The notes: generated by a model from the sequence alone, not told the origin. DNA of 32,000 nucleotides from Candidatus Paracaedimonas acanthamoebae (GCA_000743035.1 CP008939.1:120001-152000); one strand, 5' to 3'. Shown: positions 10,701-19,639, counted from the first letter of the stretch. Numbers and translations: made by a program.

Positions 10701-11215
10701 TTGATAGGATAAGTGAAGATTTTTACTTAAAAATTAATAGTCTTACAAAAAAGTCCTCAATTGAATGGTATAAAAGTGCAGCTGAGGGGGGTGATTCTAA
10801 AGCCCTCTTCAAGCTTGGCGCCCTTTATGAAAAGGGCAGTGGTATTGAACAAAGTGATATAAAGGCTTTTAATTATTACTTAAAAGCTGCGGAGGAAAAT
10901 CATAAAGAAGCTCAATATAATGTTGCTGTAATGTATAAAGATGGTCAAGGGACGCATAAAGATCCTTTAAAGGCTTTTCATTGGTGTAAAAAAGCAGCTA
11001 AGCAGGAAGATGAAGATGCGCAATATCTGCTTGGAAGATTTTATGAGAAGGGCTTTGGATGTACTCAAAATGATAGAAAAGCAGCTAAATGGTATCAAAA
11101 AGCCGCTAGTCTAGGGCGCCCTAAAGCTCTTACTAGGCTTGAAAGACTCTGTAATGGGCAAGAAAGTCACGGCATTAAAAGGAGTCATGCCCAAGCTTTC
11201 AGCAGTGCTTTTTAG
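7799..11215 (+). CDS. Large secreted-type multidomain protein: candidate cholera-toxin-like ADP-ribosyltransferase head, RI-type LRRs, coiled-coil linker, more than 10 SEL1 repeats
   Basis: 1138-aa ORF. N-terminus MLAYCRIILPTLLLSLYLPSWASE. R/S-x-S/E-x-E candidates at aa 38, 190-192 and 271-273 (see findings). LRRs ..LKNNQVLKELILNNLVLNSEDANNIAEGLKLNQSLVYLSLQDNPIEDEGCAYLCTALENNKTLARLNI (nt ~9100-9390). SEL1 units such as AQFTLGEMYEDGRGVPKSQNKALNWYLKAAKQGH (nt ~9870-11130). Confidence 0.8.
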   Translation: MLAYCRIILPTLLLSLYLPSWASEIERSSPPKFIALYRGIHFMEDIFKEKHRKHAIERCNPKKNLDIGQPLFSSAAGTLVDIDYLTSDPSEPSLQQSGQLIHDVLKEFKENHEEYYNIFHETYTNNHYRFHYLLGDKSYPNRRGAANDITPQEQAAFKIFKEIFEEEARNPKRKLENINDQALYRNCFVSFSQEPEHALKYAVGLKDMAGGILTPDYDDHGVPKHKYLGKIYLALLKEEDFYVEKPTSVLDLHAQGKVTIETTSQRNILSEAEVSLLGYVKGKYIAYSEAIEVPSFKGKYQPIYQERYGLTKERYEDFKNLGSGLRNGKSKDEKHLDNLLEKNIIPAFSERLRQIVEQKIQKNGGELTYIGLGQQINSILPWQLSHHLHKIHKSKPIFISPGQNTCIGKKSSLTLENTLSRVKIAIEAIFLSRVQLIDIRDYSLTGSGSIFFALLKNNQVLKELILNNLVLNSEDANNIAEGLKLNQSLVYLSLQDNPIEDEGCAYLCTALENNKTLARLNIMGTGSTLQTLNEFLRVLEFKKRKKIKQINTGLTELFHSITQEEEVEAKKEGEKSIKQILDIIRSGLRRNTEAQSQKAENPLVSAENQALETLYEKLQKGEVNFKEAVITFVEAANQKEPEAAFRTICLLINHNNDRTKRMHIKGCIYTSIDNISSDAEIEDLVLYFAKIARDKTDLLYKYGNLYFTGSESIIQDYNKAYLYFLCAGNEGYTEAQYMLGQMCKSGKGFEGQPYLEEAAGWYELAAKQGHAIAQFTLGEMYEDGRGVPKSQNKALNWYLKAAKQGHKVAHQRYTIAQFTLGEMYEDGRGVPQSQNKAFECYLKAAQQGHKVAQYKVGESYEQGRYPTKNYTGFFRDAKHKHNNIKSKKNDDLAFEWYVKAAKQGHKIAQYKVGEAYKNTSLVWLVNAVKWYFKAAEQGHAKSQYILGKMKEPEYFSKEKRYTKLGEDFDRISEDFYLKINSLTKKSSIEWYKSAAEGGDSKALFKLGALYEKGSGIEQSDIKAFNYYLKAAEENHKEAQYNVAVMYKDGQGTHKDPLKAFHWCKKAAKQEDEDAQYLLGRFYEKGFGCTQNDRKAAKWYQKAASLGRPKALTRLERLCNGQESHGIKRSHAQAFSSAF

Positions 11216-11275
11216 AGTTTTCAATAAAATGTGCCGAATTTTAGGCATAATTAAGATTTAAATATTAAAAAATAT

Positions 11276-11295
11276 GGTTTTGTTGCAAGTTTGAG
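11276..11295 (+). repeat. Solo IS6-family-type terminal inverted repeat (left-end orientation), copy 1
   Basis: GGTTTTGTTGCAAGTTTGAGATAAGG is similar to the reverse complement of 7706-7725 and to 11415-11434. Confidence 0.45.
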
Positions 11296-11414
11296 ATAAG
11301 GTAGTAGGGCGCCGTCAACTTAACTTTTGTAAATTTTTCTATTTTAATGCTAATTAAGTTTATTGCAAGAGATATGAGCTCTGTGAAGATTCTCTCACAT
11401 CAAGCTTCTTGAAG

Positions 11415-11434
11415 GGATGTGTTGCAAGTTTGAG
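11415..11434 (+). repeat. Solo IS6-family-type terminal inverted repeat (left-end orientation), copy 2
   Basis: GGATGTGTTGCAAGTTTGAGGTAAG has the same GTTGCAAGTTTGAG core as 11276-11295, 139 bp upstream. Confidence 0.4.
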
Positions 11435-11556
11435 GTAAGATTACAATTAAGCTAAGGAAATATGGAACTCTTTAAATTTTGGACAGAGTTGGGGTGTAGA
11501 TATTAAATATACGATGAATAAAATAGCTCTGATCATGAATTATAGAGGAAATCTCC

Positions 11557-11581
11557 TTTTTGCATAACGACTATGCAAAAA
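11557..11581. promoter_or_regulatory. Perfect 10-5-10 palindrome upstream of umuD (candidate operator)
   Basis: TTTTTGCATA-ACGAC-TATGCAAAAA lies 76 bp upstream of the preferred umuD ATG. A second 10-bp palindrome, GTTGATCAAC, lies at 11594-11603. Confidence 0.35.
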
Positions 11582-11656
11582 TAGATCTTGATAGTTGATC
11601 AACAATCATTTATGACTATAAGGAAGGAGGAAAAAAACCTTAAAGAGACAAAAGAA

Positions 11657-12082
11657 ATGAACCTCCTTCCTACAAGATTTAATCCTTCTTCTTCTTGCCA
11701 CCCTTTACCCTTTTATGAAACCTTAGTTTTAGCTGGATTTCCATCTCCGGCTTTAGATTATGCTGAAAGAGCCTTGGATCTTAACGAACACCTTATTCCT
11801 AATCCAGTCTCTACATTTTTTATGAGAGCCTCAAGTGATTCTTTAAAAGAGTCAGGAATTCTTATAGATGATCTTTTAATTGTAGACCGCAGCCTTAAAC
11901 CTCAATCAGAAGATGTTATTGTTGCTGTTATTGCAGGAAAGTTTTGTTTAAGACGATTTGAAAAAAACGGCAAGAAAATAACACTAAGGACAGATGTAAC
12001 TTACGCTGAACCCTTCTTTTTAAATTCAGAGAATGAAGTGCAAGTATGGGGTGTTGTTACAGCTACAATTCATACGTTATGA
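11657..12082 (+). CDS. umuD: UmuD-like SOS mutagenesis protein (S24 peptidase family)
   Basis: ..LVLAGFPSPALDYAERALDLNEHLIPNPVSTFFMRASSDSLKESGILIDDLLIVDRS..VIVAVIAGKFCLRRF..VWGVVTATIH matches the UmuD/LexA C-domain pattern (AGFPSPA.DY...LDLN, GDSM-like SDSL, GD.L.VDR). The stop overlaps the umuC ATG (ATGA). The start is ambiguous: ATG 11657 gives an E. coli-like length; alternatives are 11612 and 11588. Confidence 0.8.
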   Translation: MNLLPTRFNPSSSCHPLPFYETLVLAGFPSPALDYAERALDLNEHLIPNPVSTFFMRASSDSLKESGILIDDLLIVDRSLKPQSEDVIVAVIAGKFCLRRFEKNGKKITLRTDVTYAEPFFLNSENEVQVWGVVTATIHTL

Positions 12083-12171
12083 TGCAAAGAATAGCACTTG
12101 TTGTCAACAACGGTTTAAAACTGACCCACTTTTAGAGATTTCAACGGCCTAAAATTGACCCCCCTCTCCAT

Positions 12172-13970
<1,799 letters not shown>

Positions 13971-14544
13971 GGTGACCTCTATACTGATGTTCGTAAAAGG
14001 TCACACTCGTTCAGAGGTGGGTCAATCTTCAACCGCTGACATGGGTCATTTTTACTCCGTTGCTAACACTTGTTGACATCAATAACTTCTATGTTTCCTG
14101 TGAGCGCGTCTTTCGACCTGACTTAGGGAATAAACCTGTGGTTGTTCTTTCAAACAACGATGGATGTGCCATTGCAAGATCCAATGAAGCTAAAACCTTA
14201 GGAATTAAAATGGGGGAGCCTTATTTTAAGTTTAAATCACTTGTTGAGAAATTTAATATTGCTGTGTTCTCTTCTAACTATACGCTTTATCAAGACTTCT
14301 CTACCCGCATTATGTCTTTCCTAAAGTCTCAAGTTCCTCAGATGGAAGTTTACTCTATTGATGAAGCGTTTCTTAATTTAACAGATATTCCTGAAGCTCA
14401 AGTGATTACCTTTTGTCAGCGTTTAAAATCACAAGTATGGCATCAACTTGGCATCCCTATATCTATAGGAGTTTCTTTAACAAAGACGCTTGCGAAAGTT
14501 GCCAACAACTATTCTAAAAAAGGAGAAGGTGTTTTTATCCTAAT

Positions 14545-14751
14545 AGGGTACTAGGAAGATATGAGCGGAGATGCACTATAAGCGCCTGATACCTTGTTAA
14601 CTAATTGATATCTATAGGTTTAGATTTCATAATATTTTAGTATTCTGTTAAAATGAAGAGCTCTGTAGTTAGGCTGTTTAAACTTATATAATTGATATTA
14701 TTTAATATATTTTCTTAACGTGCATTTCCGCTCATATCTTCCTAGTACCCT
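14545..14751. mobile_element. MITE-like non-autonomous element (~207 bp) with 32-bp terminal inverted repeats, inserted in umuC
   Basis: AGGGTACTAGGAAGATATGAGCGGAGATGCAC (14545-14576) versus the reverse complement of 14720-14751 (AGGGTACTAGGAAGATATGAGCGGAAATGCAC) shows 1 mismatch. The interior is AT-rich and non-coding. The umuC frame ends in it (..GVFILIGY*). Confidence 0.6.
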
Positions 14752-14774
14752 GACCACTAACACAGTATCTGGCT

Positions 14775-15603
14775 GGCCCTGTTGCAAAAAGTTTTGTCTT
14801 CGTTCAGAGTTTCTAAAAATTAGAGGACTATTGGATGAATGATTTTAAGTGGCGTCATTTTCAAGGGGATATTATTCTTGGATGCGTAAGGTGGTATTGT
14901 AAATACGGGATCAGCTATCGGGACCTTGAAGAAATGATGGAAGAAAGAGGCATTACGGTTGATCATACAACTCTTAATAGATGGGTAATCACTTATGCTC
15001 CAGAGATTGAGAAAAGGCTCAGGTGGTATTGGAAACCAGGGCTTGGCTATAGCTGGAGAGTTGATGAAACTTATGTAAAAGTTAAGGGTAAATGGGCTTA
15101 CCTTTATCGAGCTCTTGATAAGCGAGGGCGTACTATAGACTTTTATCTTTCATCGACAAGAAATATCAGTGCTGCCAAACGGTTTCTTTCAAAGGCTTTA
15201 AGAAAGTTTAAGGAATGGGAAAAACCAAGTAAAATTAATACAGATAAGGCACCTACTTATGCTGTAGCGATCAAAGAATTAAAGAAGGAAGGACTTTGTC
15301 CTCAAGACCTTGAGCATCGACAGATTAAGTATCTCAATAACCTTATTGAAGCTGATCATGGTAAACTCAAACGACTGATTAAACCAACTCTAGGGTTTAA
15401 ATCTTTGAAAACAGCTTATGCAACGATTAAAGGGTTTGAAGTGATGAGGATGTTTAAAAAGGGACAGATGGATCTTTGGAAATATCGCCAAGGACTCAAG
15501 GGAGAAATCCGTCTCGTTAACCGACAATTCAGTGTCTATACTGTTTAATTGAAAACTGCAAAAAGACCTAAATCTGCTCAAATAATATTTTTGCAACAGG
15601 GCC
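14775..15603 (+). mobile_element. IS6-family (IS26-like) insertion sequence, copy A (829 bp)
   Basis: Perfect terminal IRs GGCCCTGTTGCAAAAA (14775-14790) and TTTTTGCAACAGGGCC (15588-15603). Single 237-aa transposase gene. Sequence appears identical to 27249-28077. Confidence 0.9.
14835..15548 (+). CDS. IS6-family DDE transposase
   Basis: 237 aa. FKWRHFQGDIILGCVRWYCKYGISYRDLEEMMEERGITVDHTTLNRWV..WRVDETYVKVKGKWAYLYRALD..INTDKAPTY..IEADHGKLKR is the hallmark IS26/IS257-type sequence pattern. Confidence 0.9.
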   Translation: MNDFKWRHFQGDIILGCVRWYCKYGISYRDLEEMMEERGITVDHTTLNRWVITYAPEIEKRLRWYWKPGLGYSWRVDETYVKVKGKWAYLYRALDKRGRTIDFYLSSTRNISAAKRFLSKALRKFKEWEKPSKINTDKAPTYAVAIKELKKEGLCPQDLEHRQIKYLNNLIEADHGKLKRLIKPTLGFKSLKTAYATIKGFEVMRMFKKGQMDLWKYRQGLKGEIRLVNRQFSVYTV

Positions 15604-15672
15604 ATCTCAAGTATATGCGTCTTTTTGCTGAGCTTTATCCTGAAAGTGAATTTGTGCAGCAGGTTGTTGCAC
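15604..15672 (+). pseudogene. Possible fragment of a DUF1016/YhcG-like (PDDEXK) gene truncated by IS6 copy A (tentative)
   Basis: LKYMRLFAELYPESEFVQQVVAQ resembles the N-terminal (N)LxYMRxFAxxYPDxEIVQQxVAQLPW motif of YhcG-family proteins. The match ends after ~23 aa. Confidence 0.2.
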
Positions 15673-15807
15673 AATTTGAGAAGCAAAAAAAGAGAGCCGT
15701 TTTATTGATAAATAAAAACTTTGGTATTAAGTGGCAATAAATATCTTGAATATAAAGATATTGCCGTATATATATAAATTATAAGTGGCAATAAGTATGA
15801 AACTGAT

Positions 15808-17250
15808 ATGCAAATTATTGGGCGGTTAAAAGAAAAGGAACTTCTGGATAAATTAATGTCATCTAAACAAGCAGAATTTATTGCTTTGTATGGAAGGCGT
15901 AGAATTGGAAAAACATTTCTCGTTCAACAGCATTTATCAAAAAAGGGACTTTATTTAGAATGTACTGGCTTAAAAGATGGTAAACTTCAAGCCCAGCTTC
16001 ATAATTTTATTCAAAGTTTTAGTAAAACATTTTATTCAGGTTTGCCTTTACAAACATCTAAAAGTTGGCGAGAGGCATTTGAGCTTCTAACAATTGAAGT
16101 AAAAAAACATAAAAATAAAAAGATCATTATTTTCCTTGATGAGCTTCCTTGGCTAGCAACACGGAAATCAGAACTTTTGCAAAATTTAGATTATTTCTGG
16201 AATACCGAGTGGAGTAAGCTTCCTTATTTTAAACTTATCGTATGTGGTTCTGCAGCATCTTGGATGATTGCGAATCTAATTAATGCCAAAGGAGGGCTCT
16301 ATAATAGGGTTACAAAATCTATCTTATTAGAGCCATTTAACTTATCAGAAACGAAAGAGTTTCTAAAAAGCCAAAAGATAAAACTTAATGATAAGCAAAT
16401 TCTCGATCTTTATATGGTAATGGGAGGTATTCCTTTCTACCTTAATCAGCTTGACCCTTTAAAATCACTCACTCAAAATATAAATGAAATATGTTTTAGA
16501 AAAGATGGCTTATTGCATGAAGAGTTTCCAAGACTTTTTAGGTCTTTGTTTGAAAGAGCAGAACTTAACTTAAATATTGTGAGAGAGATTGCTAAGCGCC
16601 GGTATGGAATTGATTTTAAAACACTTGTTGAAAAGGTAGGGAAGAAAGCAGGAGGAAGATTTAAAGAGCGTTTACAAGAGTTGGAAGCGGCAGGGTTTAT
16701 TCAAGGTTTCTTACCTTATGGTCGTAAGAAAAGAGATCATTATTATAAAGTGATTGATGAATATACGTTATTTTATCTTAAATGGATTGAGGAAGTAGCT
16801 CAAAAACGCTCAATTCCTAAAGAAATAGATTATTGGACGAAAGTATCTAAAACCTCTTCATGGTTAAGCTGGGCAGGCTATTCTTTTGAAAATATATGTT
16901 ACAAGCATAGTTATAAAATCATTAAAGCTCTTAATCTTGAAAGTACGGGATGCTTGGTAAGTCATTGGCATTATAAAGCCAAAGGGTTAGAGGAAGGGAC
17001 CCAAATTGATTTGCTTTTAGAAAGAGAAGATAATGCAATTACCCTTTGTGAAATTAAATATTCTTCCCAGCCATTTTCAATAGACAAAACATATGCAAAA
17101 CAACTTCAAAAGAAAATCGAAATTTTTGAAAATCATTTAAAACAACCAAAGCAAATTTTTCTAACGCTTATAACTACTTCAGCTTTTAAAGAGAATATTT
17201 GGTCTGAAGACTTAATTAATCAATCATTAACATTGAAAGACTTATTTTGA
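15808..17250 (+). CDS. AAA-type ATPase (archaeal-ATPase/DUF234-like) with C-terminal PD-(D/E)xK-like motif
   Basis: 480 aa. Walker A YGRRRIGKTF, Walker B IIIFLDELPW. C-terminal ..HWHYKAKGLEEGTQIDLLLEREDNAITLCEIKYS (D..ExK pattern), as in DUF234-type tails. Confidence 0.75.
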   Translation: MQIIGRLKEKELLDKLMSSKQAEFIALYGRRRIGKTFLVQQHLSKKGLYLECTGLKDGKLQAQLHNFIQSFSKTFYSGLPLQTSKSWREAFELLTIEVKKHKNKKIIIFLDELPWLATRKSELLQNLDYFWNTEWSKLPYFKLIVCGSAASWMIANLINAKGGLYNRVTKSILLEPFNLSETKEFLKSQKIKLNDKQILDLYMVMGGIPFYLNQLDPLKSLTQNINEICFRKDGLLHEEFPRLFRSLFERAELNLNIVREIAKRRYGIDFKTLVEKVGKKAGGRFKERLQELEAAGFIQGFLPYGRKKRDHYYKVIDEYTLFYLKWIEEVAQKRSIPKEIDYWTKVSKTSSWLSWAGYSFENICYKHSYKIIKALNLESTGCLVSHWHYKAKGLEEGTQIDLLLEREDNAITLCEIKYSSQPFSIDKTYAKQLQKKIEIFENHLKQPKQIFLTLITTSAFKENIWSEDLINQSLTLKDLF

Positions 17251-17251
17251 A

Positions 17252-17557
17252 TTAAATAAGAGGGTTCTTCCGCACCGTCATTTTAATAGCAGCTTCGCTT
17301 TTTTGTTTTACCTTGTAGAGATCATATTCTAATTGTAATTCTAGCCAGAAGCGGGGAGTTGTCCCAAAGTATCTTGCAAGCCTAAGGGCTGTGTCTGCTG
17401 TAATCGAACGGCGACCGTTCAGAATATAATTAATCCTATCCGCTGTTACATCAAGATCTCTAGCCAACTTATTTTGGCTCAAACCATTAGGGATCATAAA
17501 TTTACGTTCTAGGTAAGAACCTGGTGATTCAGGAGAAATGTTAGGTTGTGTATTCAT
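17252..17557 (-). CDS. higA: HigA-family antitoxin-like XRE HTH protein (orphan)
   Basis: 101 aa. PGSYLERKFMIPNGLSQNKLARDLDVTADRINYILNGRRSITADTALRLARYFGTTPRFWLELQLEYDL matches the HigA/VapI signature (PGe.L.e....glsq..lA..l.v...rin.i..G.r.iTadtAlRLa..fgts..fWlnLQ..YdL). No HigB ORF lies upstream. Confidence 0.75.
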   Translation of the reverse strand: MNTQPNISPESPGSYLERKFMIPNGLSQNKLARDLDVTADRINYILNGRRSITADTALRLARYFGTTPRFWLELQLEYDLYKVKQKSEAAIKMTVRKNPLI

Positions 17558-17591
17558 GTATTATTTACAGTTTGCCATTTGCTATCACCCA

Positions 17592-17620
17592 ATAGTAGAT
17601 GGTTGAAGATAATATGTCAA
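17592..17620 (-). promoter_or_regulatory. Candidate sigma70-type promoter for higA
   Basis: On the minus strand, TTGACA (17620-17615), a 17-nt spacer, then TACTAT (17597-17592), ~35 nt upstream of the higA ATG. Confidence 0.3.
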
Positions 17621-17757
17621 CAAATGAGTAATATAAATCATACCTAAGTATATTTTACTCATAGTTATAAGCTTTCTTCCCTCTTAAAGTTTTAATTGCT
17701 GCCTAATTGATAGTTAATAAAGGGGCAACCAAACATTCATCACTAAGGAGGGTTTAA

Positions 17758-18891
17758 ATGCGTGTAAGGGAATTATTTTTAGCTTTTATATTGTTTTCTA
17801 TAAGTGTGGCGCCTAGCTATGCTAGTCATCAAAGGAGCAGAGATTTTGAATGGTACGAAGAAAAGCCAGTTAAACCAACAATTCTTGTTCATCGAACTAT
17901 CTATACGCCACCTGCTGTTTGCCAGGTAGAAGTCTTCAAAAAATCATGTGGAACAAATCAACGTTGTAAAGAACAAAAAGAAGCTTGTGGAGATAAAGTC
18001 TCTGAAGAGTTTACAGATGTTGTCTTATCTACACAGACACGGCTTTCACAAGTCACAATCCATGATGGTAAATATAGTGGCAATAAAGGAATAGATGATC
18101 TTAGAAGTTTACGCACAGAAAATGCTTCTTATTTAATCTCAACCGAAAACAAGGCTGACCGCTCAAAATTAAATAGAAAAACTAATCAGCATAGTATGCA
18201 AGCGAATGCGACTATTATTACAAAGCTTTCTAATAGCGGAAAGATTACATCTCAACAACATGATCAATTTAAAACGGATATTCAAGATGGTCGTATGATT
18301 AGAGGCTATTCTCATGTTGCTTTAAAGCCTGCTAACGATAACAAGCCAATGTTTAATCAATCTTATGGAGTTGTTTTTTCAGAACATCAAGATTTAAGAA
18401 AAAGAGAAGAGCAAAGCTATTGTAACACTATACATTCACAAGTTATGGCAGAAGCTTCAAAGCCAGGGGCACGTCCGACACCAGCTTTAATTAGCTTAAA
18501 TTCAACATGCCAGTATTATGCTTCTCAAATACCTCAACAACCAGCAAATATGAATTATTCAGCTACTCAAAGACCACATAATATATCATCAACCAATCAA
18601 AGGCAGTCAATTGTAAGAGTTAGCTCTTATGAGTATGACGAACAAATTTGCTACAATGTCCAATATAGCCAACAGAACTTGAGTAATTTCATAAAATATT
18701 TGACTAACAGAAACCATTCTAAAGCATCTATAGCAAGAAATTCTCATGTAACTGATGCTGTTATAACCAGTATTATAAATAACCCAAGGTATGAACCAAA
18801 AATCTACGATTTGGAAGTTATTTGGAATTTAATTCAGCAAAAATATCAGAATGAATTTAATAAATGGGCTGCTACAATATATAGGCATTAG
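17758..18891 (+). CDS. Hypothetical secreted protein (signal peptide, Cys-rich segment, possible PD-(D/E)xK-like motif, C-terminal HTH-like segment)
   Basis: 377 aa. MRVRELFLAFILFSISVAPSYAS signal-like N-terminus. Preceded by AAGGAGG 6 nt upstream of the ATG. No family recognised. Confidence 0.6.
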   Translation: MRVRELFLAFILFSISVAPSYASHQRSRDFEWYEEKPVKPTILVHRTIYTPPAVCQVEVFKKSCGTNQRCKEQKEACGDKVSEEFTDVVLSTQTRLSQVTIHDGKYSGNKGIDDLRSLRTENASYLISTENKADRSKLNRKTNQHSMQANATIITKLSNSGKITSQQHDQFKTDIQDGRMIRGYSHVALKPANDNKPMFNQSYGVVFSEHQDLRKREEQSYCNTIHSQVMAEASKPGARPTPALISLNSTCQYYASQIPQQPANMNYSATQRPHNISSTNQRQSIVRVSSYEYDEQICYNVQYSQQNLSNFIKYLTNRNHSKASIARNSHVTDAVITSIINNPRYEPKIYDLEVIWNLIQQKYQNEFNKWAATIYRH

Positions 18892-18900
18892 TTCTTAGAA

Positions 18901-18923
18901 AGGCTGCCATTATCAGGCAGCCT
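18901..18923 (+). terminator. Hairpin downstream of the 377-aa ORF (candidate intrinsic terminator)
   Basis: AGGCTGCC-ATTATCA-GGCAGCCT, an 8-bp GC-rich stem 10 nt after the stop. The following T-tract is weak (CAAATTATATTTTTAT). Confidence 0.45.
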
Positions 18924-19204
18924 CAAATTATATTTTTATAAAAAATTATTGATTTTCAAATTGATAATTAATACCATTTTCCATAATATATATTATGCGA
19001 TTAAAAATATCTTTAAAATTTACTGTATAATTTAAATAAAACAATTATATACATTTAAAGTTCTTTAAAATCCTTATATTAGACATTATATTCTATAATA
19101 TGAGGTCGTCTGACATATACGGAGAAAGTTTCGTTCCAGTGGGCTTGAGCCCCCAGAACGTGTTAAAGCAGGAATTGAAGCTGCCCATAGAAAAAGAAGA
19201 AAAG

Positions 19205-19639
19205 ATGAGTAAAATATTTCAATTATGTAATTCCATAGTTATGGTGGCATTATTGAGTTCGACGTGTTTAGGGACTACCCTAGAAGGTGAGGATACACAT
19301 CAACACCATGGAACAAGTATAGCGCTCGGAAGAAATAATCAAATACAGGGCACAGGCTTTAATGAGATAGACTACCAGACGAAGATGCGGCAATTAGACC
19401 TAGATGAGGAAAATTTTTCAGTTATAAATAATGTATTAGTAGGTTGCTACTCGGCTCTTATAGGAAGCTTCTTATCTGAAAGAGTGCTGAAGGGAGTGAT
19501 TAAGTCTGATTCGATACGATGGGGGATAGGAGTTGGTACATTCATATTCTCAGCCGCATGTTTATATAAACTTTACAAAAGTAGATACGATGACAAGCGA
19601 AAAGATATTATGAGACAGCATGGAGTCACCCCCAATTAA
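19205..19639 (+). CDS. Hypothetical membrane protein
   Basis: The internal start MSKIFQLCNSIVMVALLSSTCLGT (signal/TM-like) is preferred, because a TATAAT box directly abuts the 19100 ATG. Two C-terminal hydrophobic segments (VLVGCYSALIGSFL, WGIGVGTFIFSAACLY). Confidence 0.4.
   Translation: MSKIFQLCNSIVMVALLSSTCLGTTLEGEDTHQHHGTSIALGRNNQIQGTGFNEIDYQTKMRQLDLDEENFSVINNVLVGCYSALIGSFLSERVLKGVIKSDSIRWGIGVGTFIFSAACLYKLYKSRYDDKRKDIMRQHGVTPN

Noticed and set aside
15588-15630. Possible outward hybrid promoter using the TTGCAA in the IS6 right terminal repeat (as described for IS26/IS257)
   Set aside because: At 16-18 nt downstream of TTGCAA the flanking DNA gives only poor -10 candidates: ATATGC/TATGCG at copy A, and nothing resembling TATAAT at copy B (28062-28100).
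15549-15740. 63-aa ORF starting inside IS6 copy A and running across its right boundary
   Set aside because: The start lies in IS sequence, so this is a chimeric reading frame created by the insertion. Only the downstream part may be a relic of a truncated gene (listed as a low-confidence fragment).
15727-15795. Direct repeat TAAGTGGCAATAA (two copies, 52 bp apart) enclosing a hairpin AATATCTT-GAATATA-AAGATATT upstream of the ATPase gene
   Set aside because: It could be a terminator of the truncated upstream gene or an operator. It occurs only here and I cannot link it to any protein, so it is too weak to call.
17558-17757. Search for a higB toxin gene upstream of higA
   Set aside because: Only ~200 bp are available. 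All three minus-strand frames are broken by stops, and no HigB/RelE-like motif is visible. I treat higA as an orphan.
19100-19204. ORF-track start at 19100 for the 179-aa ORF
   Set aside because: The ATG is embedded in a TATAAT-like box with no ribosome-binding site. The first 35 residues have no feature, whereas the internal Met at 19205 begins a signal/TM-like segment.
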